This document shows, piece after piece, positions 51,501 to 62,811 of a stretch of DNA of 64,000 nucleotides. The DNA lies in assembly GCF_035084215.1 (NCBI RefSeq), contig NC_090362.1:19654001-19718000 (forward strand), given 5' to 3'. The stretch's first letter is position 1; the number at the start of each line of letters is the position of its first letter. Under the pieces are notes generated by a model. The model was given only the letters and a program-made list of their open reading frames with translations. It was not told the origin of the DNA and searched no databases. The stretch is from Heptranchias perlo (Eukaryota). The translations under genes and the position numbers were made by a program.

Positions 51501-51842
51501 TACAACTGAGTGGCTTGCTAGGCCATTTCAGAGGGCAATTAAGAATCAACCACATTGCTGTGGGTCTGGAGTCACATATAGGCCAGACCGGGTAAGGACG
51601 GCAGGTTTCCTTCCCTAAAGGACATTAGTGAACCAGATGGGTTTTTACGACAATCCGGTAGTTTCATGGCCATCATCACTGATACTAGTATTTTAATTCC
51701 AGATTTGTATTTAATTAATTAATTAATTAATTGAATTTAAATTCGCCAGCTGCCGTGGCGGGATTTGAACTCATGACTCTGGATTTTAGTCCAGGCCTCT
51801 GGATTACTAGCCCAGTAACATAATCACTATGCTACCGTACCC
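48543..51842 (-). mobile_element. Near full-length single-ORF non-LTR retrotransposon (APE endonuclease + RT, CR1-group-like) with a tRNA-derived SINE-like head; disabled copy
   Basis: EN motifs (LTNIWGL, LTES, VGDFN, LLDLVLTN, SDH) and RT motifs ([36 protein letters not shown]). Frameshifts near 50270 and 49400, in-frame TGA at 49730-49728. 3' stem-loop and A-tail at 48543-48610. A box 51834-51824, B box 51770-51761. Confidence 0.9.
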
Positions 51843-52259
51843 TTATTCACTATTGTGCCTCCAGTGAAATCCACCAAATAGATGTTTTGACATTGTATGT
51901 CTTTTCACTACTGCAACATTGTGCCCCCTCCAGTTTAATAGCTGGAGCCTCCACTGTACTCCAGAAACTAATGTGTGCCAGGATGTCTCAGCATAATCGT
52001 GTGCTTTATGAAACTGGTCCATCCACTTATCAAAATGGGACAACTTCCTTCAGTCTAGTGGGCTGAGAACATCATAGTGCATACAAACAAGCTAATATTA
52101 CCCTGACTGAGTACATGAGTTGACATTTATTGTGCCTTAGTCACAACAGCTTCCTTAATATAACAAGGGCATTATACTACTGAATTATTGAAGTTACTGC
52201 AGTGTGTAATAAATACCAGTCAGTGCTCAATTTTGCAGTGCTACATTGATAAAGATCAC

Positions 52260-52742
52260 AGTTTCTCTGGTCACTCCTATATTAGAGGTGATAGTTTCTC
52301 TGGTCACTGTATATTAGATGCTATTTGTGTGTATTAATGCTTTAGCAACATCATAATCTTAGTCAGAAGATTTCCTTTGATTGCTATTTCTAGTGAAATC
52401 ATAAACTTGTTCTTTAAAAAGCTTTTCTGATTTTGTTAGAAATACTAAACCTTACCACTAACACACAGTGACCAGAGGAAATCTTTTAGTTTCTCTGGTC
52501 ACTCTATATTAGTAAGAAAGATTTCCCCTGGTCACTGTGTGTTAGTGGTAAGGTTTAGTATTTCTAACAAAATCAGAAAAGCTTTTTAAAGAACAAGTTT
52601 ATGATTTCACTAGAAATAGCAATCAAAGGAAATCTTCTGACTAAGATTATGATGTTGCTAAAGCATTAATACACACAAATAGCATCTAATATACAGTGAC
52701 CAGAGAAACTATCGCCTCTAATGTAGAGTGACCAGAGAAACT
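52260..52742. repeat. Long inverted repeat (~226-bp arms, 30-bp spacer)
   Basis: 52260-52486 is the near-perfect reverse complement of 52517-52742. Confidence 0.95.
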
Positions 52743-52929
52743 ATCGCCTCTAATGTAGAGTGACCAGAGAAACTATCGCCTCTAATGTAGAGTGACCAGA
52801 GAAACTATCGCCTCTAATGTAGAGTGACCAGAGAAACTATCGCCTCTAATGTAGAGTGACCAGAGAAACTATCGCCTCTAATGTAGAGTGACCAGAGAAA
52901 CTATCGCCTCTAATGTAGAGTGACCAGAG
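52695..52929. repeat. 32-bp perfect tandem repeat x7.3 (AGTGACCAGAGAAACTATCGCCTCTAATGTAG)
   Basis: Units start every 32 bp from 52695 to 52919, with no spacers. Confidence 0.95.
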
Positions 52930-53232
52930 GAAATCTCCCCAGGTTGCTATATTTGTTTGCATCAAATGTAGTTCATTTTTCTTCTTTCATTCCATTGAAC
53001 ATATCGAAGAATCACAGGGATGCATTGCCTTTTAAAGTGAGTTTCTATCATCAGTAACGCTATAAAAAGTTAAGTTAATCTTCCTTTAACTTTATTGTAT
53101 TTGTTTTATTTAGTTTTATATTCTGGTTAAAGCTAAATATAGAAGCCTGAAAAAGCATAATTCAGTGACAGAGACCTTTATATCTGTACAAACTATTTAA
53201 ATTCTATAACTTATGTATTTTTTTTTCCCTAG

Positions 53233-53397
53233 TCCATGTTAGGTGCTGCATCACCTCAGCTACCGCTGGCCTATCAGCAGTCAGCATTGAACACAGAAGA
53301 GCTGGGTCCTTTCCTGCGATTATGTCTTATGGATCAAAGTTTCCCAGCATTTGTACAACAGGTGGAACATGAACTTAAAAAGCTCGTAGACGAGTGA
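53233..53397 (+). CDS. REC114: REC114 exon 6 (54 codons + TGA), C-terminal MEI4-binding region
   Basis: tttccctAG|SMLGAASPQLPLAYQQSALNTEELGPFLRLCLMDQSFPAFVQQVEHELKKLVDE*; matches the REC114 C-terminal motif. The six phase-0 exons sum to 270 aa. Confidence 0.95.
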   Translation, partial: SMLGAASPQLPLAYQQSALNTEELGPFLRLCLMDQSFPAFVQQVEHELKKLVDE

Positions 53398-53635
53398 ATG
53401 GGAAGATGTTTTACCTTCATCCAGTTGGTGAAGAACCAAATAAGTAAACAATGTTGCAGAGGCAATACTGTTACTTTAACAGGCCCGCTGCGGAAGGGAA
53501 TTCTACTAATTGCATTAATTTTCATTAATTCGTCCCACGTTTGAGTTTCTTCTGGACAACATATCTGTGGTAGTGCTGTATTTATTTTAGATGTTTCTAT
53601 TTCTGATCATTAGTTTGCTAGTATCTTTAAACAAT

Positions 53636-53641
53636 AATAAA
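53636..53641 (+). terminator. Candidate REC114 polyadenylation signal
   Basis: First AATAAA noticed after the stop, about 240 nt downstream, followed by T-rich sequence. Confidence 0.45.
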
Positions 53642-55029
53642 TTATTTCTTTAACAAACTTAAGCTTTAAATAGCTGTTTATTTTCATTAAGTCTTACTCG
53701 CTGACATTATTTAGGTTTTTAAAATTGTGAAGAAGTTTTTAAGGGAGGTGTCTAACCTTAATTCAGGCTGTACGTTTAGTGTTTCTATTTAGCATTAGTG
53801 CTATAGCTCCCTTGTTGGCCCAGTGGGTAGAGACACAGGTCAGTATAGTATGAAGCCATATAGACTAGAATGACACAGGTTCAGTACTTGGGCTGTGCTC
53901 AGTTGGATATCTTGACATTGATGGATATTGTTGCATTGTCAGTTGGGTCACTGCCACTGGCTTCAATATCCCTAGATGAGGATTAGGAAAAAAAAAATCA
54001 CTTGGGATTCCCAAAACCCAACCCTGAAAGTGTGTTGGGTGTGGACAAAAGATGAGGTTGGGATTGAGTGTAGCTGCAATGCCCTGTATGGTAAAATAGC
54101 CTGCAGAAACTCACTCTCTCGGGTTACATATCAAATATGCCCACTTGGCTGAGGAACGGGAGAGCAGGGACAAGGGGCTGAATGGCCTACTTCTGTTCCT
54201 ATGATCACCAAAAAGAGGAATAAATAGGGAATGAAAAGAAGAATATACTTCATTAAATATTAGTGACCAAACTTAAGGAATCTTGGAATTAAACACCAGG
54301 AGGCAGTGTTGTACAAAGACAGGCTTAATATTTGAATAGTCAATGCTGCGCACATGAATTTTCTTCAGAGAAATAGCCTTCACAGGGAGTGGAGTAATGT
54401 CAACTGTATGTATCCAAAGCAAATTGAAGTAAAACCTGTTCCTTTCAGAAACTCTTTTATTCCTTAGTTGTGAAAAAGAATCAGTTGTTCTGGGAAGTAT
54501 AAAAGAATGAGGAAATTAGGTGGAATTTGACAGTTCGTTCTTTTTCACTTGACACGATTGGATCAATGCAATAGCACTTACCAGTTTTGCCAAACAAAGA
54601 GTTGCCAAACAGCTCTTGCACCATTTATTGCTCATAGGCATAAGTCTTGTCGATTGTAGGAGTGATGTTGGTCCGGAAATTGCTACAATGGTGGATTTGG
54701 TTGCGAATGACGTTAATTGGATTGTTCTGCTCACCATTTACGTCACACCATGCTTGCACCACAAATCATGGACTGACAATATGATAACGGCTCAGTGATG
54801 TCAACGGGCCAGAAATTGCTGCAATGATGCATCTCGCTGCAATTGAGGTGAATTCGTCTTTTTAACCTCACCGTTCACATCGCATTAATTTTTCAGCGCA
54901 AATTGCTGGAATGTCAAAACAATAACGGCGCAGCGACGTCCGTATTGCATCTGTGACCTCATGAACATCGTGCCCAATGGCTTATCACCCTTAGCAACCA
55001 CATGGCACTATTAGAAGCTGAAAACAGTA

Positions 55030-55950
55030 CCTCGGCCAGGCGCTCTGCCTCCATAAGTAGATCTCCTTTATGGTCGCTAATCGGTCCCACCCCTCCTCTT
55101 ACTACCCGTTTACTATTTATATGCTTATAGAAGACTTTTGGATTCCCTTTTATGTTGACCGCCAGTCTATTCTCATACTCTTTGCCCCTCTTATTTCCTT
55201 TTTCACTTCCCCTCTGAACTTTCTATATTCTGCCTGGTTCTCTCTTGTGTTATCAATCTGACATCTGTCAGATGCCCTCTTTTTTCCGATTCATCTTACT
55301 CTCTATCTCTTTTGTCATTCTGGCTTTAGTTGCCCTACCTTTCTCCCTCGTGGGAATGTACCGAGACTGTACCAGAACTATCTCTTCTTTAAAGGCCGAC
55401 CACTGTTCAATTACAGTTTTGCACCTCCCTGTAATTTTCCTGCAAATTTGTTCCTCTATATCCTTCCCCCTAGTTGGTGGCCTATAGAATACACCCAGTA
55501 GTGTAATGGCACCTCTATTGTTTCTCAACTCTAACTAAATAGATTCTGTCCTTGACCCCTCAAAGGCATCATCTGTCTCCAGCACTGCAATATTCTCCTT
55601 AATCCCCCCCCCCCCCCCTCCTTTCTTTCCTTCCCTATCTTCCCTGAGCACCTTGTATCCAGGAATATTTAGTACTCAGTCCTGCCTTTTTTAAGCCAGG
55701 TCTCCGTTATCGCCACAACATCGTATTCCCATGTGGCTATTTGCGCCTGCAGCTCACCAACCTTGTTTACCACGCTTCGTGCGTTTACACACATGCACTG
55801 CAAACCAGTCTTAGACTTTCTTGTACACTCCCTTAGTCTGACCCCATCTAATACTGTACTATTACTTGCTCTAGTGCTATCTTTTTCTCCCGATCCTTTG
55901 TGCCCCTTGTTTCTCCTTTCCAATGCTACATCCTGGTGCCCATCCCCCTG
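55030..55950 (-). mobile_element. Internally deleted CR1 fragment (EN N-terminal region)
   Basis: CMCVNARSVVNKVGEL...DVVAITETWL and LLGVFYRPP peptides. Confidence 0.8.
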
Positions 55951-56603
55951 TCTTGCAGGAATTATTTTTTTGTGTCTTAGTGCCGCCTCTAAGGGTGTTC
56001 CTTTGCAGTCACAGTGTAGTTGTCAGAGATTTTATATAATTAAGCAGTTCCTTCTGTGCCTCTTTGGAACGAATAAACAAATCAGCCCAGACCCAATCTT
56101 TTTTCGTCGACTTAAAGCAGGCTTTATCTGACAAATTTGAGTGATCTACCCTCCTGTTGTTTGTGACGCTCTGCATGACTTACAGAGAACAAGTTTTCAC
56201 AAGGTATGTTATTCTTGCTTTCTTACAATACTTTTTATTCTATTTTATTTAACATTTTTTAACTTTTCATGTTGAATACAAATGGATCTACTCCGTAGCT
56301 AAGTCTGATATATTATCATGCAATGTAAAAGTTAGTGGATTATATACACACACACACATAATATATATAAATTCTATATATAATATAAAAATTAAATTTT
56401 ATATAATATATATATTGATTTGGTATGAGTGGAAACCAGCACTTTCAATCAGAAACTGACATTGTTAATGCTTCTAGAACCCATGGCTTTGCTCACAATG
56501 AGCCAGTGGAATCTTTAAGTATCTGTCTCTGGCCTCTTCATGTTTCTGCTTCTATCTCTCCCTCTTTCTCTCCTCTTTATCTTCTCTATCATATCTCCTA
56601 CTG

Positions 56604-57182
56604 AACGGACACCGCGCAACAATCGCCAAACAGGAGGGTTCCCTCCCAGTCGGGGAACACTTCAGCAGTCATGGACATTCATCCACCGACCTTCGGGTAA
56701 GCGTACTCCAAGGCGGCCTTCGAGACACACGACAACGCAAAATTGTCGAGCAGAAATTGATAGCCAAGTTCCGCACCCATGAGGACGGCCTCAACCGGGA
56801 TCTTGGGTTCATGTCACGCTACACGTTACCCCACCAGCGAACAAATGTTATCTGTTTTTAATATAACGGGTCAGTTGCTGTCTTTTCTATGTTTCTACCT
56901 CTCTATCTCTTTTTTTTTTGTTTGTTGTTTTTTTTGGTGATTTGTATATTCTGAGAACTTGCAGGTAACACCTGTCTGGCTGCACACTGATTGCCTTGGC
57001 AACGGGCAGTTGAAAAAACTGTCTGTAATCACCAAGCATTGTTCTGTGAATTATAAATGCGATTTCATTTCGAGGATTTCATTTCCACATCGTTCACCTG
57101 AGGAAGGAGGTAGCCTCCGAAAGCTTGTGAATTTAAAATAAAATTGCTGGACTATAACTTGGTGTTGTAAAATTGTTTACAA
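56604..57182 (+). mobile_element. 5'-truncated Penelope-like element (GIY-YIG C-terminus + 3' pLTR region)
   Basis: Open frame NGHRATIAKQEGSLPVGEHFSSHGHSSTDLRVSVLQ...EQKLIAKFRTHEDGLN (stop 56859-56861). Flanked by a 13-bp TSD ATATCTCCTACTG (56591-56603 and 57183-57195). AATAAA at 57137. Confidence 0.9.
57093..57131 (+). ncRNA. Minimal type I hammerhead ribozyme
   Basis: TTCAC-CTGAGGA-A-GGAGG-TAG-CCTCC-GAAA-GC-TT-GTGAA: stem I TTCAC/GTGAA, CUGANGA and GAAA cores, stem II GGAGG/CCTCC, palindromic loopless stem III. Confidence 0.82.
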
Positions 57183-57524
57183 ATATCTCCTACTGCTTTG
57201 TTTCTCTTTTCTGTTTCTCTCTCTACTCTCATGCTTCTGCTGTTTCACTGTTATTCTTCTCTTTTGCTGCTTTTCTGTTTCTCCGTCTTTCCCTTCCTTT
57301 CTATCCCTGTGCTTTTCCATTTCTGTCTGTCTCATTTTCTTCTCTCATTTCGGGTGGCAAGTAATGGGTGAAGGGTCTCTGGTGCAGAGAGGGATATGGC
57401 AAATGGCAACTCACTACCTGGCCGTAAAACTGCCATTGTAAATCAGCCATCAGTTTCTATAATGGACGGCCAAACTCCAATTTTATGCCCAGACAGCTAG
57501 TTGAAAATCTACCCCATAGCCTTC

Positions 57525-57925
57525 TCTCAGTGGTAGCAATCTTACCTCTGTCAGCCCCATTCTAGGACTGGAGCACATAGCATAGATTGAAACTTCAGTG
57601 CAGGACTGAGGGAGTATTGAATTGTCGGAGGTGCCATCTTTCAGATGAGATGTTAAACTGAGGCTCCATCTATCCCCATGGGTGGGTATTTTAAGAAGAG
57701 CAGAGGAGTTCTCCCATTTATCCCTCAACCAATGTCACCAAAAAATGGATTTACTTGCTATTCAGCTTGTTGCTGTTTGTAAGGCTTTGCTATGTGCAAG
57801 TTGCCTATTGCTTTTCCCTACATTACAACAGTGAATACATTTCAGCAGTACTTTAATGGCTGCAAAGCACTTTAGGATGTCCTGTAATGGCTGAAGGTGC
57901 TTTATAAGTGCATGCTGTTTCTTTA
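57525..57925 (+). mobile_element. Decayed DeuSINE
   Basis: Same family as 25822-26222, opposite orientation. Confidence 0.7.
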
Positions 57926-60900
57926 CTGAGTGCTTAGCAAGTGTCTCTAAGCTTTAACAACTGTTTCCAAGTTCGTACCTCAGCCAGAGGACCCTTTGGT
58001 GAGGAAGAGCATAGACGAGTTGGTTTAGAGTTGGCTCCGTTATTGACACTGGAAACAGTGATCCAGTGGAATCTAGAGCTGGCCCCGTAGAATGAAAGTG
58101 TGGATTTATGATGGTATTGGACAGCATCAAATAGGCGCTGATGCCAACCCAGCATCAATTGAATGGCAATACTGGTATTGGATACGTTGAACATTGAGGT
58201 GCATGTGGTGAGTCACCACTGGGAAAACACAAGGAGAAAAGACTAGATACTGGATGAGTCCTGATGCTGGTTTCGACAGCAACCATTTTTGGGGATGGTG
58301 GCACTAGGTAGCTCTGACATCATTCAACAGCCAGGAGAGCATCATCGTCTGTTGAAGCTGCTAACACTTGTGGAAAGGTAATATGAGGATTCTGAGGAAT
58401 GGAAATTACTGGTTCTAAATGGGTTCCGACTCCAGTAAATGGACCTTGGCTTTGGTGCCAAGTTAAGACAGGGAAGACACTGGATAGGCTTTTATATCAA
58501 CTACAGGGAGATAAAAGCAGAAGCCAGAGGTCAATTTATAAAAAGCTGTGCAAATTACTTTCTTGTGTTACTTTAATTTTTAATCCTGAACTATGTTCAT
58601 ATTATAATTATTACTCTGTTCCTTTGAAGTAAAACTACTTTCCTGCTAAGGGTGTTGTATTGGCATTCTGAAGGGGGTTTAAGTCATGGTTACCTGTGTA
58701 CTTTATTAAAAATCTTACGCATGCCTGTGTGTCCTCTAACCTTACTTCACCTGAAGCCTACACTTAGTTTTAAACTTGACTTCCCATATACAATGCCTCA
58801 GGAGATCAACTAATTTATTGGACAAAGCTGAATTGATCAAAATAGAGTCTGACTATAAATACAAGCAGCAAACCTCAGGCTTTGCTTCTCAGTAAAAGTG
58901 ACCTTGGATTCAGCTCACTCTCAAGTTACCTTTCTGTTTTGTCCAGGCTAATCATAGTTATTCCAACCTTTCTCTATAATCTTCATGCGTATAGTGATTG
59001 ATTAAACCACGTAGGAATATGTGTTTTCCAGTAAATATATTAAAGAGAAAATAATTTCCTAATTCTTGGGACTTTTTTTTTCCTTTGAAGATTTATTAGG
59101 CGAGAAACGTCAGTATTAACACCTGAAATCGGCATAACACAAAGCATTTATATTTCTCACAGCTGCACTAGAACCAACTAAAAAGGAATATAATACACCA
59201 CTAAACCCATCTATCTTTATTTCTAGTTACTGTTGCTAGTTCTTTACTAAAATTACCTCCTTTAATCTTCCCCCCCCCCCCCCCCCCCCTATTCTGAAGG
59301 CGGATTTATATGGAAAACAGTTCCTCGGGTGCTGCTAACACCTTGACACCTCATCCATGACCAGTCTAGATATGTAAACCCAGACAGTGGGATTCAAGAA
59401 AGTATTCAACTGTTTCAGAATTATTAGTTCGCTAGTGAATCCCTGCTGGCGTTGGCCACAGAAAGTCAGGACAAAGAGAGTTTTCCTCAGAGCACATTAG
59501 ATCTAGGTGTACGTAGGGGGATCTGCTGCTTCTGGAGCCTATGACGATCTATCTAATGGTTGGTGTGTGGCGTGACTGTGTGACAGGTAGCTTTACAGTG
59601 AGAAAATCTATTGAGATGCCACTAACGTGCATGACAGAACGATGGTGCTCAAATCTGAAGTGCGTGACATGCATAACAAATTTAATATATTTTAGATGCT
59701 GCATAATTAAAGTATGGAAACCATCTTTTGATTTCAACCAAGCTCAGTGCTGTCTTGTCCTGATGTGCCCACATGCACACACACATTTTACAAATAGCAA
59801 CTATAGGACAGCAATCAGGAGCAAGAGCCCAGGCTGGTTTTCCTTTCCCTAACCCAGGGATACCAAGGCCAATTGGAGCCCTTTCGCTGTCCAGTCTGAG
59901 ATTAAATAATGCAGCAGAGACTGGGGATTGAACCTGGCAACTCCCTGGTGTGTAGAGCTGAGTTACGAATTCCCAAAGTATTATTTTAACACATGGCATA
60001 AAAAATGACTTAACATCCCACGAGGACACTGAGCAGAATGTTGTACTTTAAAATCCAGCTCCTCACATAATAAAATCCCTATCAATCATTTCCATCTGTG
60101 CGTCTTAGCCAACCAGCTCTATGAAACAATTGCCTTATTAGTTTCAGAATTATAAATACCTGCTGCATAATTAAAATATGAAAATCATCTTTTGATTTCA
60201 AAGCGTAACGAACCCATATTGTTACTAACTATGCATGAGAAAGTTAATGATTTTTTAGCTCAAAATCACTTATAAATTAACTTTGCACAACTTTTTTACT
60301 CATTACAAATGAAGAGTGTAAATTTGAAATAAAAATTTACATTTTAAGAGGACTCAAATGGCAGCGATGAAATTTAATCAGTTCATTACAACTAATGAAG
60401 GGAGAAATATTTATCCCATCAGTGGGGTTCAGATGATCTTATAAACTATAAGAGCAGATCTTAATTCCATACTATCTGAATCCCAAGACTCCAACTTGTG
60501 TTCTTATAGTATATATTGTGGAGGGTTGGCCTTGTTTAATCCTGAGCAAGATTTTATTTTACTAGTGGGTGTGATGGCAAACAGTGATGGATGGCAGGTG
60601 CTTGTGATCATTTCAAATGGTTCAAACCGAGAATGTACAGCACAGAAACAGGCCATTCGACCCAACTGGTCCATGCTGGTGTTTATGCTCCGCACGAGCC
60701 TCATCCCACCTCTCTTTCATCTAATTCTGCCAGCATAATCTTCTATTCCTTTCTCTCTCGTGTGTTTATCCAGCTTTCCCTTAAATGTATCTATGCTATT
60801 CACCTCAACTACTCCTTGTGGTAGTGAGTTCCACATTCTCACCACTCCCTGGGTTAAGAAGTTCCTCCTGAATTCACTATTGGATTTATTGGTGACTATC

Positions 60901-60973
60901 TTATAATTATGACCCCCTAGTTGTGGACTCCCCCACAAGTGGAAACATTTTCTCTATGCCTACCCTATCAAAC

Positions 60974-62811
60974 TTGCATCGTACTTTGCATCAGACTTTA
61001 CCAAGGAAGAAGATGCTGCCAGAGTCTCGGTAAGGAAGATAAAGTTAAGATACTGGATGGGCTAAAAATTGAGAAAGAAGAGGTACGAGAAAGGCTAGCT
61101 GTACTTAAAATAGATAAGTCACCTGGTTCAGATGGGATGCACCCTAGGATGCTTAGAGAAGTAAGAGGGGAAATTGCGGAGGTACTGGCCATAATCTTCC
61201 AGACATGCATACGAACACACTAATTAAGAGCAGGAGTAGGCCATTTGGCCCCTCGAGCCTGCTGTGCTATTTGATAAGATCATGGCTGATCTGATTGCGA
61301 CTTCGACCCTACTTTCCTGTCTACCTACTATAACCTTAGATACGAGGGTGGTACCATAGGACTGGAGAATTGCAAATGTTACACCCTTGTTCAAAAAAGA
61401 GTGTAAAGATAAACCCAGCAACTATAGGCCAGTCAGTTTAACCTCGGTGATGGGGAAACGATAATCCAGGACAGAATTAACAGTCACTTGGACGAGTGTG
61501 GATTGATTAGGGAAAGCCAGCATGGATTTGTTAAAGGCAAATCGTGTTTAACCAACTTGATAGAGTTTTTTGATGAGGTAACAGAGAGGGTCGATGAGGG
61601 CAATGCAGTTGATGTGGTGTATATGGATTTTCAAAAAGCGTTTGATAAAGTGCCACATGGTAGGCTTGCTATTAAGATTGCGGCCCATGGAATAAAGGGG
61701 GCAATAGCAACATGGATATAGATTTGACTAAATGACAAGAAACAGAGAGTAGTGGTGAACGGTTGTTTTTCGGACTGGAGGGAGGTTTATAGTGGTGTTC
61801 CCCAGGGGTCGGTGCTGGGACCACTGCTTTTCTTGATATATATTAATGACTTGGACTTGGCTGTACAGGGCACAATTTCAAAATTTGCAGATGAAACAAA
61901 ACTTGGAAGGGTAGTGAACAGTGAGAAGGATAGTGATAGACTTCAAGACGATATAGACATGCTGCTGGCATGGGCAGACAGGTGGCAGATGAAGTTTAAT
62001 GCAGAAAAATGCGAGGTGATGCATTTCGGTAGGAAAAATGAGGAGAGGCAATATAAACTGGAGGGCACAATTCTAAAAGGGGTAGAGGAACAGAGGGATC
62101 TGGGGGTGTATGTGCACAAATTGTTGAAGGTGGCAGGGCAGGTTGAGAATGCTCTTAAAAAAGCATATGGGGTCCTGGGCTTTATAAATAGAGGCATAGA
62201 GTACAAAAGCAAGGAAGTCATGATGAACCTTTATAAAACACTGGTTCGGCCACAACTGGAATATTGTGTCCAGTTCTGGGCACCGCACTTTAGGAAGGAT
62301 GTGAAGTCCTTAGAGAGGGTGCAGAAGAGATTTACTAGAATGATTCCAGGGATGAGGGACTTTAGTTACGTGGATAGACTGGAGAAGCTGGGGTTGTTCT
62401 CCTTGGAACAGAGAAGGTTGAGAGGAGATTTGATAGAGGTATTCAAAATCATGAAGGATCTAGGCAGAGTAGATAGAGAGTAACTGTTCCCATTGGCGGA
62501 AGGGTCAAGAACCAGAGGGCAGAGATTTAAGGTGATTGGCAAAGTAACCAGAGGTGACATGAGGAAAAACTTTTTTACACAGCAAGTGGTTATGATCTGG
62601 AATGCACTGCCTGAGGGGGTGGTGGAGGCAGATTCAATCGTGGCCTTCAAAAGGGAACTGGACAAGTACTTGAAATGAAAACATTTGCAGGGCTACGGGG
62701 ATAGGGCGGGGGAGTGGGACTAGCTGGATTGCTTGTGCATAGAGCCGGGGCAGACTCGATGGGCCGAATGGCCTCCCTCCGTGCTGTAACCTTTCCATGA
62801 TTCTGTAATTC
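60974..62811 (+). mobile_element. CR1 LINE (RT + 3' end) inserted in an antisense CR1 fragment and itself interrupted at ~61204-61337
   Basis: RT ORFs 61488-61721, 61752-62483 and 62493-62678. Flanks 60636-60973 and 62812-63012 join into one minus-strand CR1 3' end. Confidence 0.9.

Noticed and set aside
51755-51842. tRNA-Thr gene
   Set aside because: Duplicated anticodon arm, poor acceptor and T-stem pairing, and no terminator; it is a retroelement head.
52695-52929. CRISPR-like 32-bp repeats
   Set aside because: The units are contiguous with no unique spacers, there are no cas genes, and the context is a vertebrate intron.
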